A stretch of 64,000 bases of DNA from an uncultured Planctomycetia bacterium (GCA_964392615.1 CAYMRB010000001.1:7343-71342), one strand, 5' to 3'; counted from the first letter of the stretch, positions 19,219-29,514 are shown. The notes: generated by a model not told the origin, from the letters alone. Made by a program: numbers and translations.

Positions 19219-19341
19219 GGTGTGGACGACCTCCGATCTCCTCGAATCAACGCATCCGCAAGAGGCGACAAGACGGCGCCTCTCGACGATTCCGCGGGCC
19301 CCCCGGAAGGGACCCCTTCCCCCGGCAATCTGCGTTCCTCA

Positions 19342-19410
19342 GCGATTTTCCGTGTGCCTGCGCACGTTGTACGGATCCTGCGGGCAAAATCGCCGAAGAA
19401 TCCGCGATTT
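19342..19410. promoter_or_regulatory. repeated GCGATTT half-sites (GCGATTTT ... AAATCGC-N10-GCGATTT) in the divergent nfnAB / efflux-operon intergenic region; candidate operator
   Basis: A perfect 7-bp inverted repeat, aaatcgc (19387-19393) / gcgattt (19404-19410), plus a third copy gcgatttt at 19342-19349. A possible -35 TTGACG sits at 19477-19482 and GGAG lies 7 nt before the OMF ATG. Confidence 0.3.
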
Positions 19411-19511
19411 CGTGGACTTTTTTTCCCGTCGCGTTTCGACGCGTGCGGCTTGAAAGCGGCGCGCCGATTCCGCATGTTGACGCGAATACGCCCATGTGAG
19501 GGAGACTGGCG

Positions 19512-21011
19512 ATGAAAAGCAAGAGCGAAGCACGACGACTCGCGACGGGCCGGCTATTGACCGCGCTGGCAGCGGTCCTCGTGGTGAGCGGTTGCGTCGG
19601 GCCGAGACGCGATCGGTTCCGCTACGACCGCGTCGCCGCGACCGCCGCGGAGTGCAACGCGCGATCACCCGAACGCGACGCGGGCAGCTCGAAGATCAGC
19701 GGTGCGCCGCTCGATCTGCGCAGCGCCGTCGAGCTCGCCCGAGCGGGCAATCCGGACATTCGCATCGCCCTCGCTTCGCTTCGCCAAGCCGAGGCCGCCC
19801 GGCGCGCCGTGTCCGCGGCGTTTCTTCCCGTCCTCGCGCTCGACACCGGCTACCTGCGCGCGGATGCGCCGTCGCAGGCTCTCTTCAAGTCGATCGACGC
19901 GCGGCGCCTCGCGCCGGGGACGGACTTCAACGACCCGGGCGACTTCGAGAACTTCGAGACCGGCTTGACCGCGCGCTACAATCTCTACCGCGGCGGCCAG
20001 GACGCGCTCGACAGCTGGATCGCGCAAGCGGGAGAAGACATCTCCCGGCTCGATCTCTCCGCGGTGCGCAACGGCGTCGTCGCCGCCGTGATCGTCGCGT
20101 ACTACGACGTGCTGATGGCCGACGAGCTGATCGAGACCGCCGTCGCGTCGGTAGCGACCGTGCGCGCGCAGCTGCGCGAGTCCGAGGCGAAGTGGAAGGC
20201 CGGGAACGCGCTGAAGTCCGACGTGCTGTCGCTCGAGGTGCGAGCGGCCGAGGCCGAGGAACGACGCATCCGCGCCGAGAACGCCGCCAAGCTCGCCGTC
20301 GCCGCGCTCGCGAACCTGCTCGGCCTCGACGCGGACGCGCAGCTGGAGCTCGCCGATCCCGATGCGCCCTCCGAGACCCAGGCCGCGGTCGTGCCGGAAG
20401 CGGCGCACCTGCCCGCCACGTACGAAGACGCCCTCGCCGAAGCCTTGACGCGACGCCCGGAGCTGCACCGCGCGCGCCGCTTCGTCGAGCGCAGCGCGCT
20501 CCAGCACTCGAAGTCGCGGCGGACGTTCCTGCCGCGCGTCGATGCCGAGGCGCGAGCGTACTGGGACGACTCGCAGTTCGAGTACGACGATAACCGAACG
20601 AATTGGTTCGTCGGCGTGAACCTGTCTTGGGACCTCTTCACCGGCGGTCGCCGCACTGCGGGCGTCGAGAGGACCCGCGCGCTCCTGAACGAGATGCTCG
20701 AGGCGGATCGTCGGCAGACGCTCGCGGTGCAGCTCGACGTCAAGAGCGCGGTCTTGCGTCTCGAAGAGGCTCGCGAGCGTCTGCGCGTCAGCGACACGAG
20801 CGTCGCGCAGGCAGACGATTCGCTCGATCTCGTGCGTGAGCAATACGAGGGCGGCACGGCGGCCGTGACGCGCTATCTCGAAGCCGAGTTCGATTTGACC
20901 CGCGCACGGATGCGGCGGACGAACGCGGCGTTCGATCTCAGAAAGGCCCAGGCTGACGTCGCGCGCGGCATCGGCCGTTTCGCCGACGCAACCCCTGACA
21001 CCGAGGAGTGA
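19512..21011 (+). CDS. outer-membrane efflux lipoprotein, TolC/NodT family (OMF)
   Basis: 499 aa with a signal plus lipobox (LVVSGC). Two long coiled-coil/beta-barrel OEP repeats with conserved Gly/Asn patterns are present. GGAG lies 7 nt before the ATG. It is the first gene of an OMF-MFP-RND operon. Confidence 0.85.
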   Translation: MKSKSEARRLATGRLLTALAAVLVVSGCVGPRRDRFRYDRVAATAAECNARSPERDAGSSKISGAPLDLRSAVELARAGNPDIRIALASLRQAEAARRAVSAAFLPVLALDTGYLRADAPSQALFKSIDARRLAPGTDFNDPGDFENFETGLTARYNLYRGGQDALDSWIAQAGEDISRLDLSAVRNGVVAAVIVAYYDVLMADELIETAVASVATVRAQLRESEAKWKAGNALKSDVLSLEVRAAEAEERRIRAENAAKLAVAALANLLGLDADAQLELADPDAPSETQAAVVPEAAHLPATYEDALAEALTRRPELHRARRFVERSALQHSKSRRTFLPRVDAEARAYWDDSQFEYDDNRTNWFVGVNLSWDLFTGGRRTAGVERTRALLNEMLEADRRQTLAVQLDVKSAVLRLEEARERLRVSDTSVAQADDSLDLVREQYEGGTAAVTRYLEAEFDLTRARMRRTNAAFDLRKAQADVARGIGRFADATPDTEE

Positions 21012-21017
21012 GCTGTC

Positions 21018-22118
21018 GTGAAGGACGGACGCTTCAAGACGATCGGCACGTGGATCGCCGGACTTGTCGGCATCGCTGCGATCGTGCTCGCGATCCTGTG
21101 GATGAGCGGCGCATTCACGCCCGGACGCATCGACCCGGGAATCCTCCCGCCGCCCGCCGGCTTGCCACAGCCGAAGAGCGTCGCGACGGTCGCGTCGCAA
21201 ACCGTGCCCGAGTGGTACGAGGCGGTCGGCACCGTGCGATCGGCCGTCGAGGCGCGCATCGCGCCCCAGGTGACGGGGCGAATCATCGACATCGCCGTCG
21301 AGGAGGGCAGCGCGGTCTCGAAGGGCGACATCATCGCATCACTCGACGATGAGGCGTTCCGCGCGCGCCTCGAGCAGGCTCGCAGCGGCGTGCGATCGGC
21401 CGAGGCGACCTTCGAGCAGGCCGCGTCGAGCCATGCGCGAATCCGCCAGCTGATCGCGAAGGAAGCGGCGACGACGGAGCAGCTCGAGGCCGCCGCAGCG
21501 CTGGAGAAGCAAGCCGACGCCGCCGTCGAGTCTGCGCGCCAGAAGCTCGAGGAGGCGCGCGTCGCGCTCGGCTACACGCGCATCGCGTCGCCCCTGAGTG
21601 GCGTCGTCGCGCGGCGCGAGTCGGACTCGGGCGACCTCGCATGGCCTGGTCGCACGCTCGTCGTCGTCCACGATCCGAGCCGCTTGCGTCTCGAGGCGAG
21701 CGTACGCGAAGGGTTGATCGGCGGCGTCGCGGTCGGTCGCACGGTCGAAATCTGGATCACGGCGCTGTCGAAGACGCTGCCCGGCTCGATTGACGAGATC
21801 GTGCCGTCGGGCGATCCGGTCAGCCGTAGCTTCGTCGTCAAGGCGAGCCTGCCCGCGGAGGCCGTCGCGGACGTGTATCCGGGCATGTTCGGCAAGCTGC
21901 GACTGCGCACCGGAGAGCGGCAAGCGATGATGGTGCCGGCCGACGCGGTGACGACGGTCGGTCAGCTCGACACCCTGCTCGTCAAGCAGGGCGAGCGCTG
22001 GTTGCGGCGGTACGTGACCGTCGGCGAACGCCGTGGCGACGAGATCGAGATCCTGTCCGGGCTGTCCGGCGGCGAGACGATCGGGCTTGCAGGAGGTGAT
22101 GATCGTGTCGACGAATGA
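21018..22118 (+). CDS. RND efflux periplasmic adaptor (MFP, HlyD-like)
   Basis: The start is GTG, preceded by GAGGAG. It has an N-terminal TM anchor, a coiled-coil hairpin (EQARSGVRSAEATFEQAAS...) and beta-barrel/MP domains (GYTRIASPLSGVV). It overlaps the RND gene start. Confidence 0.85.
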   Translation: MKDGRFKTIGTWIAGLVGIAAIVLAILWMSGAFTPGRIDPGILPPPAGLPQPKSVATVASQTVPEWYEAVGTVRSAVEARIAPQVTGRIIDIAVEEGSAVSKGDIIASLDDEAFRARLEQARSGVRSAEATFEQAASSHARIRQLIAKEAATTEQLEAAAALEKQADAAVESARQKLEEARVALGYTRIASPLSGVVARRESDSGDLAWPGRTLVVVHDPSRLRLEASVREGLIGGVAVGRTVEIWITALSKTLPGSIDEIVPSGDPVSRSFVVKASLPAEAVADVYPGMFGKLRLRTGERQAMMVPADAVTTVGQLDTLLVKQGERWLRRYVTVGERRGDEIEILSGLSGGETIGLAGGDDRVDE

Positions 22119-25100
22119 CGCGCCCAAAGGCCTCATCGCACGGCTCGTCACGACGTTCCTGGAGGGCCGGCTCGCGATCCTGATGGTCGCGGCTGCGCTC
22201 GCGCTCGGCGTCGCGGCGGTGCTGTTGACGCCCCGCGAGGAAGATCCGCAGATCGTCGTGCCGCTCGCCGATATCCACGTGCGCTTTCCGGGCGCGAGCG
22301 CCGAGGAGGTCGAGAAGCTCGTCGCGACGCCGTTGGAGCGGCTCCTGTGGCAGATCGATGGCGTCGAGTACGTCTACTCCGTCTCGAGCCGCGACGCGGC
22401 GGTCGTCACGGTACGCTTCTTCGTCGGCGAAGATCGCGAGCGGTCGCTCGTCAAGCTGCACAATCGCATCGCGTCGCACATCGATCAGGCGCCTCCCGGT
22501 GTCACGGGCTGGGTGATCCGCCCGATCGAGATCGACGACGTCCCGATCGTCACGTTCACGCTCTACTCGAAGCGCTACGACGATCACGAGCTGCGCCGCA
22601 TCGGCGAGGAAACTCTCGCGCGGCTCGAGTCGGTCGAGGACATCTCGCGCACGCGGATCGTCGGCGGCCGGCGCAGCGAGGTGCGGGTCGAGCTCGACCG
22701 CGAGCGTCTCGCGTCGCGCGGACTGTCGGCGCTCGAGGTCGTGAAGGCGCTCGAGGTCGCTGACGCATCGATGACGGCCGGCAGCTTCGATCGAGGCGAC
22801 CGCCGCGTGAGAGTCGACAGCGGGCCGTTCCTGACGCGAGTCGAGGACGTCCAAGGCCTCGTCGTCGGCGCGCACGATGGCAGACCGGTGTACGTCGAAG
22901 ACGTCGCCACGATCAAGGAACGACCGGAAGAGCCGCAGAGCTACACGCGCATCGGCATCGGCCCTGCGGCGACCGATGCGGCCGGCGAGCCGGGTGAAAC
23001 GTATCGCGCGGTCACGCTCGCGGTCGCGAAGAAGAAGGGCACGAATGCGGTCGCTGTCGCAAACGCCGTCATCGCGCGCATGGAGGAGCTGCGGCGCGAT
23101 GTGATCCCGTCGGAGGTAGACGTGCGCGTCACGCGCAATCAGGGCGAGAACGCTGACGCGAAGGTGAACGAGCTCCTGTCGTCGCTCCTGTTCGCGATGG
23201 TCTCGGTCGTCGGACTCCTGCTCCTGACGCTCGGGTGGCGCGAAGGGCTGATCGTCGCGCTGGCGGTGCCGATCAGCTTCTCGCTCGCGCTGTTCGTCAA
23301 TCTGATCTTCGGGTTCACGATCAACCGCGTCACGCTGTTCGCGCTCATCCTGACGCTCGGCCTCGTCGTCGATGATCCGATCACGAACGTCGACAACATC
23401 CAGCGACACATCCTGCTGCGTCGGCGTCGGCCGCGCGCGGCGACGCTGTTCGCCGTCAGCGAGGTGCTGCCGCCGGTGATCCTGTCGACGTTGACGATCA
23501 TCGTGTCGTTCCTGCCGATGTTCTTCATCACCGGCATGATGGGGCCGTACATGGGGCCGATGGCCGTCAACGTGCCGCTGACGGTGACGTTCTCGACGGT
23601 CGCGGCGATCTGCATCGTGCCGTGGGCCGCGTATCGGCTGCTGCGCAAGAAGGGGCGCGACACGGATGCGGAGGAAGCGGGAGAACCCGACAGCGCGGAC
23701 GCGGGCAGCACGTCCGCCACGACCGGCGCGACGTCCGCAGACATGGCGGCTGCCGGCAGTCGCTCGCTGCTCGCGCGAACCTATCGCGCCATCGTCGCGC
23801 GGTTCCTCGACTCGCGCCCGATGCGATGGGGCTTGATCGGCGGCATCGTCGTGCTGCTCGGGCTGTCGGGATACCTGCCGCTCGGCCGTCATGTGCCGAT
23901 GAAGATGCTGCCGTTCGACAACAAGAGCGAGCTCGGGCTGCTCATCGACCTCGACGAGGGCACGACGCTCGAGGCGGCCGACGCGGTCGTGCGCGACTTC
24001 GAGCGCTACCTGTTCCGGGTGCCGGAGGTCGAGGACTTCGAGTCGTACGTCGGCACGTACAGTCCGATCGACTTCAACGGACTCGTGCGCCACTACTACT
24101 TCCGCACGCAGCCGCACCTCGCGGACATTCGCATCAACCTCGCACCGAAGGAGCTGCGCCGACAGCAGAGCCACGAGATCGCGTTGCGCTTGCGCAAGGA
24201 CATCGAGGCGATCGCGGCGCGACACGGCGCGGTCGTGACGATCCTCGAGACGCCGCCCGGTCCGCCGGTGTTCTCGGGCATCGTCGCCGAGCTCTACGGG
24301 CCGGCGGATCTCGGTTGGGATGGTCTCGTCGCGGAGTCGCGCGCCGTGATGGATCGCATGCGCGAGGAGCCGGGTGTCGTCGACGTCGATCGCACGGTAC
24401 CGGCGAACCACAAGAGGCTGCGCTTCGTGCTCGACAAGGAAAAGGCCGGGCTGCACGGCATCGCGACCGACAGCGTCGTCCGGACGTTGCGCGTCGTACT
24501 CGACGGGATCGATCCGGCCACGGTCCACCGTGCGGGCGAGCGCGCGCCGCTGGCGGTGCACGTCGGGCTGGCGCGTGACAAGCGATCCGGCGTCGCGGAG
24601 CTCGGACGCGTCGCGGTGAAGGGCTCGCGGGGCGAGCTCGTGCCGCTCGATGAGATCGGCGCGTTCGAGGAGGTGCCCGCCGACGTGCCGATCTACCACA
24701 AGAACCTGCGCCGCGTCGTCTTCGTCTACGGCGAGACGGCCGGGCTGCCGCCGGCGGAAGCGGTGATCGACCTCGGCGCGCACTTCCGCGAGCAGCCGCT
24801 CGCACGTGGCGTCGAGATCGACTGGGCAGGCGAAGGCGAGTGGGACATCACGCTGCGCGTCTTCCGCGACCTCGGGCTCGCGTTCGGCGCGGCGATGATC
24901 GGCATCTACATCCTGCTCGTCATCCAGACGAAGTCGTTCGTGATGCCGATGATCATCATGAGCGCCATCCCGCTGACCGCGATCGGCATCCTGCCGGGCT
25001 TCTGGCTGCTCAATCTCGTCTTCGACAACGTCTACGGGCCGGTCGGCGGCTACGCCAATCCGGTGTTCTTCACCGCGACCGCGATGATCGGCATGATCGC

Positions 25101-25398
25101 GCTCGGCGGCATCGTCGTGCGCAACTCGGTCGTGCTGATCGAGTTCATCCAGGGCGCGCTCGCAGACGGAATGCCGTTGCGCGAAGCGATCCTCGAGAGC
25201 GGCGTCGTCCGCATGCGACCGATCCTGCTGACCGCGGCGACGACGGGTCTCGGCGCGTGGCCGATCACGCTCGACCCGATCTTCTCCGGTCTCGCATGGG
25301 CGCTGATCTTCGGGCTCGTCGCGTCGACGGCGTTCACGCTGATCGTCATTCCGGTGGTGTACCGGATGGTGTACGGACGTAACGCGGAGGCAAGCTGA
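22099..25398 (+). CDS. RND family efflux transporter (AcrB/CzcA-like permease)
   Basis: About 1100 aa with 12-TM RND topology and two large periplasmic loops. Typical TM4/TM10 segments are present (LIFGFTINRVTLFALILTLGLVVDDPI, VRMRPILLTAATTGLGAWP). The real start is at ATG 22099 or GTG 22105, just after AGGAGG at 22091-22096. The listed start 22033 overlaps the MFP gene. Confidence 0.9.
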   Translation: MIVSTNDAPKGLIARLVTTFLEGRLAILMVAAALALGVAAVLLTPREEDPQIVVPLADIHVRFPGASAEEVEKLVATPLERLLWQIDGVEYVYSVSSRDAAVVTVRFFVGEDRERSLVKLHNRIASHIDQAPPGVTGWVIRPIEIDDVPIVTFTLYSKRYDDHELRRIGEETLARLESVEDISRTRIVGGRRSEVRVELDRERLASRGLSALEVVKALEVADASMTAGSFDRGDRRVRVDSGPFLTRVEDVQGLVVGAHDGRPVYVEDVATIKERPEEPQSYTRIGIGPAATDAAGEPGETYRAVTLAVAKKKGTNAVAVANAVIARMEELRRDVIPSEVDVRVTRNQGENADAKVNELLSSLLFAMVSVVGLLLLTLGWREGLIVALAVPISFSLALFVNLIFGFTINRVTLFALILTLGLVVDDPITNVDNIQRHILLRRRRPRAATLFAVSEVLPPVILSTLTIIVSFLPMFFITGMMGPYMGPMAVNVPLTVTFSTVAAICIVPWAAYRLLRKKGRDTDAEEAGEPDSADAGSTSATTGATSADMAAAGSRSLLARTYRAIVARFLDSRPMRWGLIGGIVVLLGLSGYLPLGRHVPMKMLPFDNKSELGLLIDLDEGTTLEAADAVVRDFERYLFRVPEVEDFESYVGTYSPIDFNGLVRHYYFRTQPHLADIRINLAPKELRRQQSHEIALRLRKDIEAIAARHGAVVTILETPPGPPVFSGIVAELYGPADLGWDGLVAESRAVMDRMREEPGVVDVDRTVPANHKRLRFVLDKEKAGLHGIATDSVVRTLRVVLDGIDPATVHRAGERAPLAVHVGLARDKRSGVAELGRVAVKGSRGELVPLDEIGAFEEVPADVPIYHKNLRRVVFVYGETAGLPPAEAVIDLGAHFREQPLARGVEIDWAGEGEWDITLRVFRDLGLAFGAAMIGIYILLVIQTKSFVMPMIIMSAIPLTAIGILPGFWLLNLVFDNVYGPVGGYANPVFFTATAMIGMIALGGIVVRNSVVLIEFIQGALADGMPLREAILESGVVRMRPILLTAATTGLGAWPITLDPIFSGLAWALIFGLVASTAFTLIVIPVVYRMVYGRNAEAS

Positions 25399-25422
25399 CG
25401 GGAAGACCGCGAGCTTGCGCCG

Positions 25423-26607
25423 TCACTCGCTCTCCGGTTCCAGCGTCCGTATCAGGCAATCGAGGAACTCGCGGCGGTAGGAGTCGCGACGTAGGTCGGC
25501 CTCCTTCGCCTCGCGGGCGAGGCCGCGAACCGCGTCGAAACGCTGGGCCTGGATCAGGTGGCCGGTCCAGGTTCTCAGGAGGAGGTCGCAGTCCTGCCAC
25601 TGGCCGCGGGCGTACTCGGGGTGCAGCTTCGGGTCGTTGATCGCGTCGAAGGCATCCTTCGCGAGCTCGTCGCGGCCAGCACCGGGCAGCGCAGCGCGCA
25701 GCTCGCCGATCTTCATGGCCAGGCGGTCGGCCGGCGACAGGTCCGCGTCGGCCAGCGCGACGTAACCCGCCGGCGAGAGCGTGCGGCAGAACTGCCGACG
25801 CGCGCTCTGGAGCGCCTCGTCGGCCGCGCTCGTGGACGGGAGAGCTCGACCGCCGTCGATCCGCAGGTCCTCGAGCTCGTAGACGAGCCGCTTCTTCTGC
25901 GGGCGGCTGCTCAAGAACAGGAGATAGACGCCCGGCTCGAGGCTGTCAGCGCCCTCGAGCGGGAACGATAGACTCGGGGCGTAGGCGCGCCCTGCCTCGC
26001 TCGCCGCGTGCAGATGCCAGAATAGGTGCCCGTCGCGGATGCCGGCCTCCGCCTCGTAGGTCTCGCCCACGAGGAAATCGGGGTTCTCGTCGTACTGCGT
26101 ACTGCGAGACTCCCACGAATCGGTCTCGGCTCGCCGGTATCCGATGACAGCCGAGTGGAGATGGGCGAGGCTTCCTCCGTGCTTCACCAGAGAGAAGGAG
26201 AGCAGCGTTCCGTCCGGAGGCCACGGCGCCGGAGCGCCCGGTCCGGCCGGGATGAGGTACAGAGTCACCTGACTGTCGTAGTCCGCCTTGCAGACGCAGC
26301 CGCGCCAGGTCAGCCGGAACGCGGCGGGATCGTCGATCTCGACGCGGACGCTCAACGCGATCCCCGGATGGCACGAGGACAGCTCCACCTCCTGCTGCTC
26401 CGTCGAGAGCGAGTTCCCGCGAAGGCGCACGGCGAGAGGATGGTCGATCCGCAGAGGAAGCGGCGTCGACGCAGCACGGAACGTCGACGCGGGCCGTGGC
26501 GAGCTGCCCGTACGGGGCTCGCAAGCGACGAGCACCCCGATCAGGACGCCGAGGACTCCTAAGGCGAACGGTCGAATCCGGGGTGATGGGACGCGCTCAC
26601 TCTGCAT
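25423..26607 (-). CDS. hypothetical lipoprotein (signal peptide with lipobox LVAC)
   Basis: 394 aa with N-terminus MQSERVPSPRIRPFALGVLGVLIGVLVAC and balanced composition. It overlaps the upstream kinase gene by 11 bp, so it is probably the last gene of the sigma-kinase operon. I found no recognisable domain. Confidence 0.5.
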   Translation of the reverse strand: MQSERVPSPRIRPFALGVLGVLIGVLVACEPRTGSSPRPASTFRAASTPLPLRIDHPLAVRLRGNSLSTEQQEVELSSCHPGIALSVRVEIDDPAAFRLTWRGCVCKADYDSQVTLYLIPAGPGAPAPWPPDGTLLSFSLVKHGGSLAHLHSAVIGYRRAETDSWESRSTQYDENPDFLVGETYEAEAGIRDGHLFWHLHAASEAGRAYAPSLSFPLEGADSLEPGVYLLFLSSRPQKKRLVYELEDLRIDGGRALPSTSAADEALQSARRQFCRTLSPAGYVALADADLSPADRLAMKIGELRAALPGAGRDELAKDAFDAINDPKLHPEYARGQWQDCDLLLRTWTGHLIQAQRFDAVRGLAREAKEADLRRDSYRREFLDCLIRTLEPESE

Positions 26608-29509
26608 CGATGCCGTACACCCTCACCGCGTCGCCCACGACGACGAGCTCGTCCGACCCGTCGCCGTCGAGCTCACAGAAACACGCCTCTTGCACGACCC
26701 GGGCGCCGACCAGCGGCATGCGGGCGACCCGGCCATCGCGGAGGAACACGTGCACCTCGACCCAGGAGAGCTCGCTCGACGAGCCCACCGCCGGGTGCAC
26801 TGCCAGGCAAACCGCGCGCCCAGCCACTTGCCCGGATCGGGAGAAGGCGACGCGCGTTCCGGGGACGGGCGGCGCGAGGAAACTCAGTCGCGGAGCGCTC
26901 TCGCCAGTCCTCAACAGGTACGAGCCAGGCCGGGGGCCGCGGGGCGCGTCACGGCCGAAGACCCGCGGCTCGAAGGCGTCGTCCGCACTGGCGAGAAAGA
27001 CGCCGTCGGGCACGCCGTCGAGGTCGAAGTCGATCGCGCTCGCCGCCTGGACGAAGCCGAGCGGCCGCTCCCAGATCGGAGCGTAGCGGCCGAGCCACGG
27101 ATCCCGCTCGAGAATCACCGTCCGGTACGCCTCCCACTTGCCGTAGTGGACGAGGAGCCGGGGCGACCGGTCGCCAACGGTCCGCGGCAAGACGGCGATC
27201 GCGTCGACGTCCCAGCCGCCATCGCCGCTCGCATCCTCGTGTCCTCGACCCCACAGGTGGCGCGCCTCGAGCTTTGTCGCGTCCCCGGCAAGACGACGGA
27301 AGTGCCACAGGCTGGGGTCCGTGTGATAGTTGCCGAGCAAGAGGCCCGGGCGGGGCGCGTCGTCGAGCGCACCGGGCAGCGCGACCGCGACCATCGAGCT
27401 TCGGCGCGCGGTAGCTCCCTGGACGCCCGATAGCCTGTAGGCGACGTCGACCGCTCCGGAGACATCGACTCGCAGGATCGCGACGCGGTCGTTGGCGGCG
27501 CCGTTCGGCCCCGGCACGGCGCTGTCCTCGAGGTACAGCGCCCAGGCAGCGGGTGGAGTGTCGGGGGGCTCGTCACTCGCGGCGACCATCGTCGCGATGC
27601 CGGACGCGAAGTCCTCGGTGTCTCCGTTCTCCCGAAAGATGTTCCGTGGCAGCTCGATCGGCGTCAGCTCGACCGGCGCCAGGTCGTTCGCGCCGAGGGT
27701 CTTCCCGTGCTGTCGCCGCAGCGCCTGCGGGCTCGAGAGCCCAAGGCGGAACAGCTCGTTGTCGCGAAGCAGGCTGCCGATCGCGAGCAGCAGAGTCGAC
27801 GGCTGACGGGGCGGCACAGGGCACACCGCGTAGCACTGCGTTCTCTCCGGAAGCCGAAGCTCGATCGGTACGCCGAGCGCGTCCGACACGTCCAGGAGCG
27901 CGCGCGCCTTCTCCGCGCTGTCGCCGCGCCCGGCCGCCAGGTCGGCGAGAATCTCCCGTCCCCGCTGTCGTGCGGCGCCGTCGCCGCCGGGCGCCAGACA
28001 GGCGCGCATCTCGAGGAATCTCCAGGCGCCGTCCTCGTCGTCGCTCCGTCCGGCCTCGCGGAGCAGATCGCGAGCGTCGTCGTGGTCGCCGCGTAGGGAC
28101 GCGCTCCGCGCCAGGGCTCGCAGTACGCGCGAGCGCTGCGGCCCGCGCAGTTTGGCATGCAGGCGGGAGAGATCCTCGACGGTCGACCGCGCCGCCTTGT
28201 CGGGATCGTCCGCCCGGCGATCGAGCTCATGCGCGACGACCGCGAGATCGAGCTCCTGCTGGATCAACATCTGACGATAGCGGAAGGTCAACCACCCCGC
28301 GGTCGCGACGAGGACGACAACCGCGGTGGCGAGCGACGCGACGAGCATGCGGTGACGCGCCCGCCAGCGCACGAGTCGCATCAGCAGGCTCGGCGGCCGC
28401 GCCAGGATGGGCTCGCCGCTCAGGTGTCTGCGGATGTCCGCAGCGAGCTCGGCGGCCGAGCCGTAGCGCTCGGCGGGGTCCTTCTTCAGAGTCTTCGCGA
28501 GAACGAGGTCGACGTTGCCCCGCAGCTCGCGCCGATGCTCGCTCGGCCTGGCAGGCGTTTCGTCCCGGATGATCCGCGCGGCCTCGAGGATCGCCTTGCC
28601 GTCGAGCTCGTACGGCGGCCGACCGCAGAGGAGCTCGTAGCCGATGACGCCGAGGGCGTAGACATCCGATCGCGTGTCGATCGCTGCCGGGTCGCCGCTG
28701 GCCTGCTCGGGGCTCATGTAGGCGAGCGTGCCGATGAGCTGACCGGTGCGCGTGTGCATCGACGTCGCCTGCAGATCGGAGTTCGTCGCGCGCGCGACGC
28801 CGAAATCGAGGACCTTCGGCTGACCGTCGTCCTCGACGAGGATGTTGCCGGGCTTGAGATCGCGGTGGATCACCCCGCGCTGGTGCGCGTACTGCACCGC
28901 GTCGGCGACCGCCGCGAGCAGCTCGAGGATCCGCTGCGCTCCGAGACTCCACGTCCGGACGTACTCGTCGAGCGGTACGCCCTGGACGTACTCCATCGCG
29001 AAGAACGGCCGCGGCCCGGAGTCGGTCCCGACGGCGCCCGCCTCGTAGATCTGCGCGATGCCCGAGTGCTTCAGGAGACCGAGGACCTGCGCCTCGTACT
29101 TCAGCCGTTGGACGAGCTCGTCGGAGCCGGCGCCGGGGCGGACGAGCTTCAGGGCGACGACGCGCCCGAGCCTCTCCTGCTCGGCCTCGTAGACGACGCC
29201 CATGCCGCCCTCGCCGAGGACCGAGAGCACGCGGAAGCCGGCGATCCGGTCGCCGATGGCCGGGACGGAGGCGGCAAGCTCGGCCGGAGCTTCCGGCTCG
29301 GCCCCGATCAGATCGCCCCAAGTCGGCGGCGGCGCGCCGGCGAGCTCGCCGACGCGGCTTCCCAGCTCGAGGTGCTCCTCGACTTTGCGGCGCAACGCCG
29401 TGTTCTCGCAGCACGCGTCATTCAGAAACGCTGCGCGCTTGTCAGCAGGAAGCTCGCGCGCCGCCAGGAAGAGATCGACGAAGAAGTCGGAAGACTCGCC
29501 GGTCGCCAT
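26597..29509 (-). CDS. ECF-associated Ser/Thr protein kinase with a TM segment and a large extracytoplasmic C-terminal region
   Basis: The start is at the internal Met, MATGESSDFFVDLFLAARELPADKRAAFLNDACCENTALRRKVEEHLEL. This is the conserved N-terminal sigma-partner module seen in ECF-linked kinases. Hanks kinase motifs follow (VALKLV, HRDLKPGNILV, DFGVA, SPEQ), then a TM segment (MLVASLATAVVVLVATAGWLTF) and about 580 aa of extracellular sequence with D-x-D-G-D-G (FG-GAP/VCBS-like) motifs. The upstream 81 codons of the listed ORF are Arg-rich junk that read through the sigma gene. Confidence 0.9.
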   Translation of the reverse strand: MATGESSDFFVDLFLAARELPADKRAAFLNDACCENTALRRKVEEHLELGSRVGELAGAPPPTWGDLIGAEPEAPAELAASVPAIGDRIAGFRVLSVLGEGGMGVVYEAEQERLGRVVALKLVRPGAGSDELVQRLKYEAQVLGLLKHSGIAQIYEAGAVGTDSGPRPFFAMEYVQGVPLDEYVRTWSLGAQRILELLAAVADAVQYAHQRGVIHRDLKPGNILVEDDGQPKVLDFGVARATNSDLQATSMHTRTGQLIGTLAYMSPEQASGDPAAIDTRSDVYALGVIGYELLCGRPPYELDGKAILEAARIIRDETPARPSEHRRELRGNVDLVLAKTLKKDPAERYGSAAELAADIRRHLSGEPILARPPSLLMRLVRWRARHRMLVASLATAVVVLVATAGWLTFRYRQMLIQQELDLAVVAHELDRRADDPDKAARSTVEDLSRLHAKLRGPQRSRVLRALARSASLRGDHDDARDLLREAGRSDDEDGAWRFLEMRACLAPGGDGAARQRGREILADLAAGRGDSAEKARALLDVSDALGVPIELRLPERTQCYAVCPVPPRQPSTLLLAIGSLLRDNELFRLGLSSPQALRRQHGKTLGANDLAPVELTPIELPRNIFRENGDTEDFASGIATMVAASDEPPDTPPAAWALYLEDSAVPGPNGAANDRVAILRVDVSGAVDVAYRLSGVQGATARRSSMVAVALPGALDDAPRPGLLLGNYHTDPSLWHFRRLAGDATKLEARHLWGRGHEDASGDGGWDVDAIAVLPRTVGDRSPRLLVHYGKWEAYRTVILERDPWLGRYAPIWERPLGFVQAASAIDFDLDGVPDGVFLASADDAFEPRVFGRDAPRGPRPGSYLLRTGESAPRLSFLAPPVPGTRVAFSRSGQVAGRAVCLAVHPAVGSSSELSWVEVHVFLRDGRVARMPLVGARVVQEACFCELDGDGSDELVVVGDAVRVYGIDAE

Positions 29510-29514
29510 GTTCG

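Noticed and set aside
19219-19511. Rex-type operator upstream of nfnAB
   Set aside because: I looked for TTGTGAA-N4-TTCACAA and did not find it. Only the GCGATTT repeats are present.
19665-21200. 511-aa minus-strand ORF over the OMF gene; 19496..20593(+)
   Set aside because: Shadow ORFs. The OMF frame has a lipobox and TolC-like repeats.
22033-22098. Listed RND start at 22033
   Set aside because: It would overlap the MFP gene by 86 bp in a junk-looking stretch. An AGGAGG box at 22091 favours ATG 22099 or GTG 22105.
21982-24783. 933-aa minus-strand ORF and 23622..24578(+) over the RND gene
   Set aside because: Antisense or out-of-frame junk rich in R, D and E. The RND frame shows 12 TM segments.
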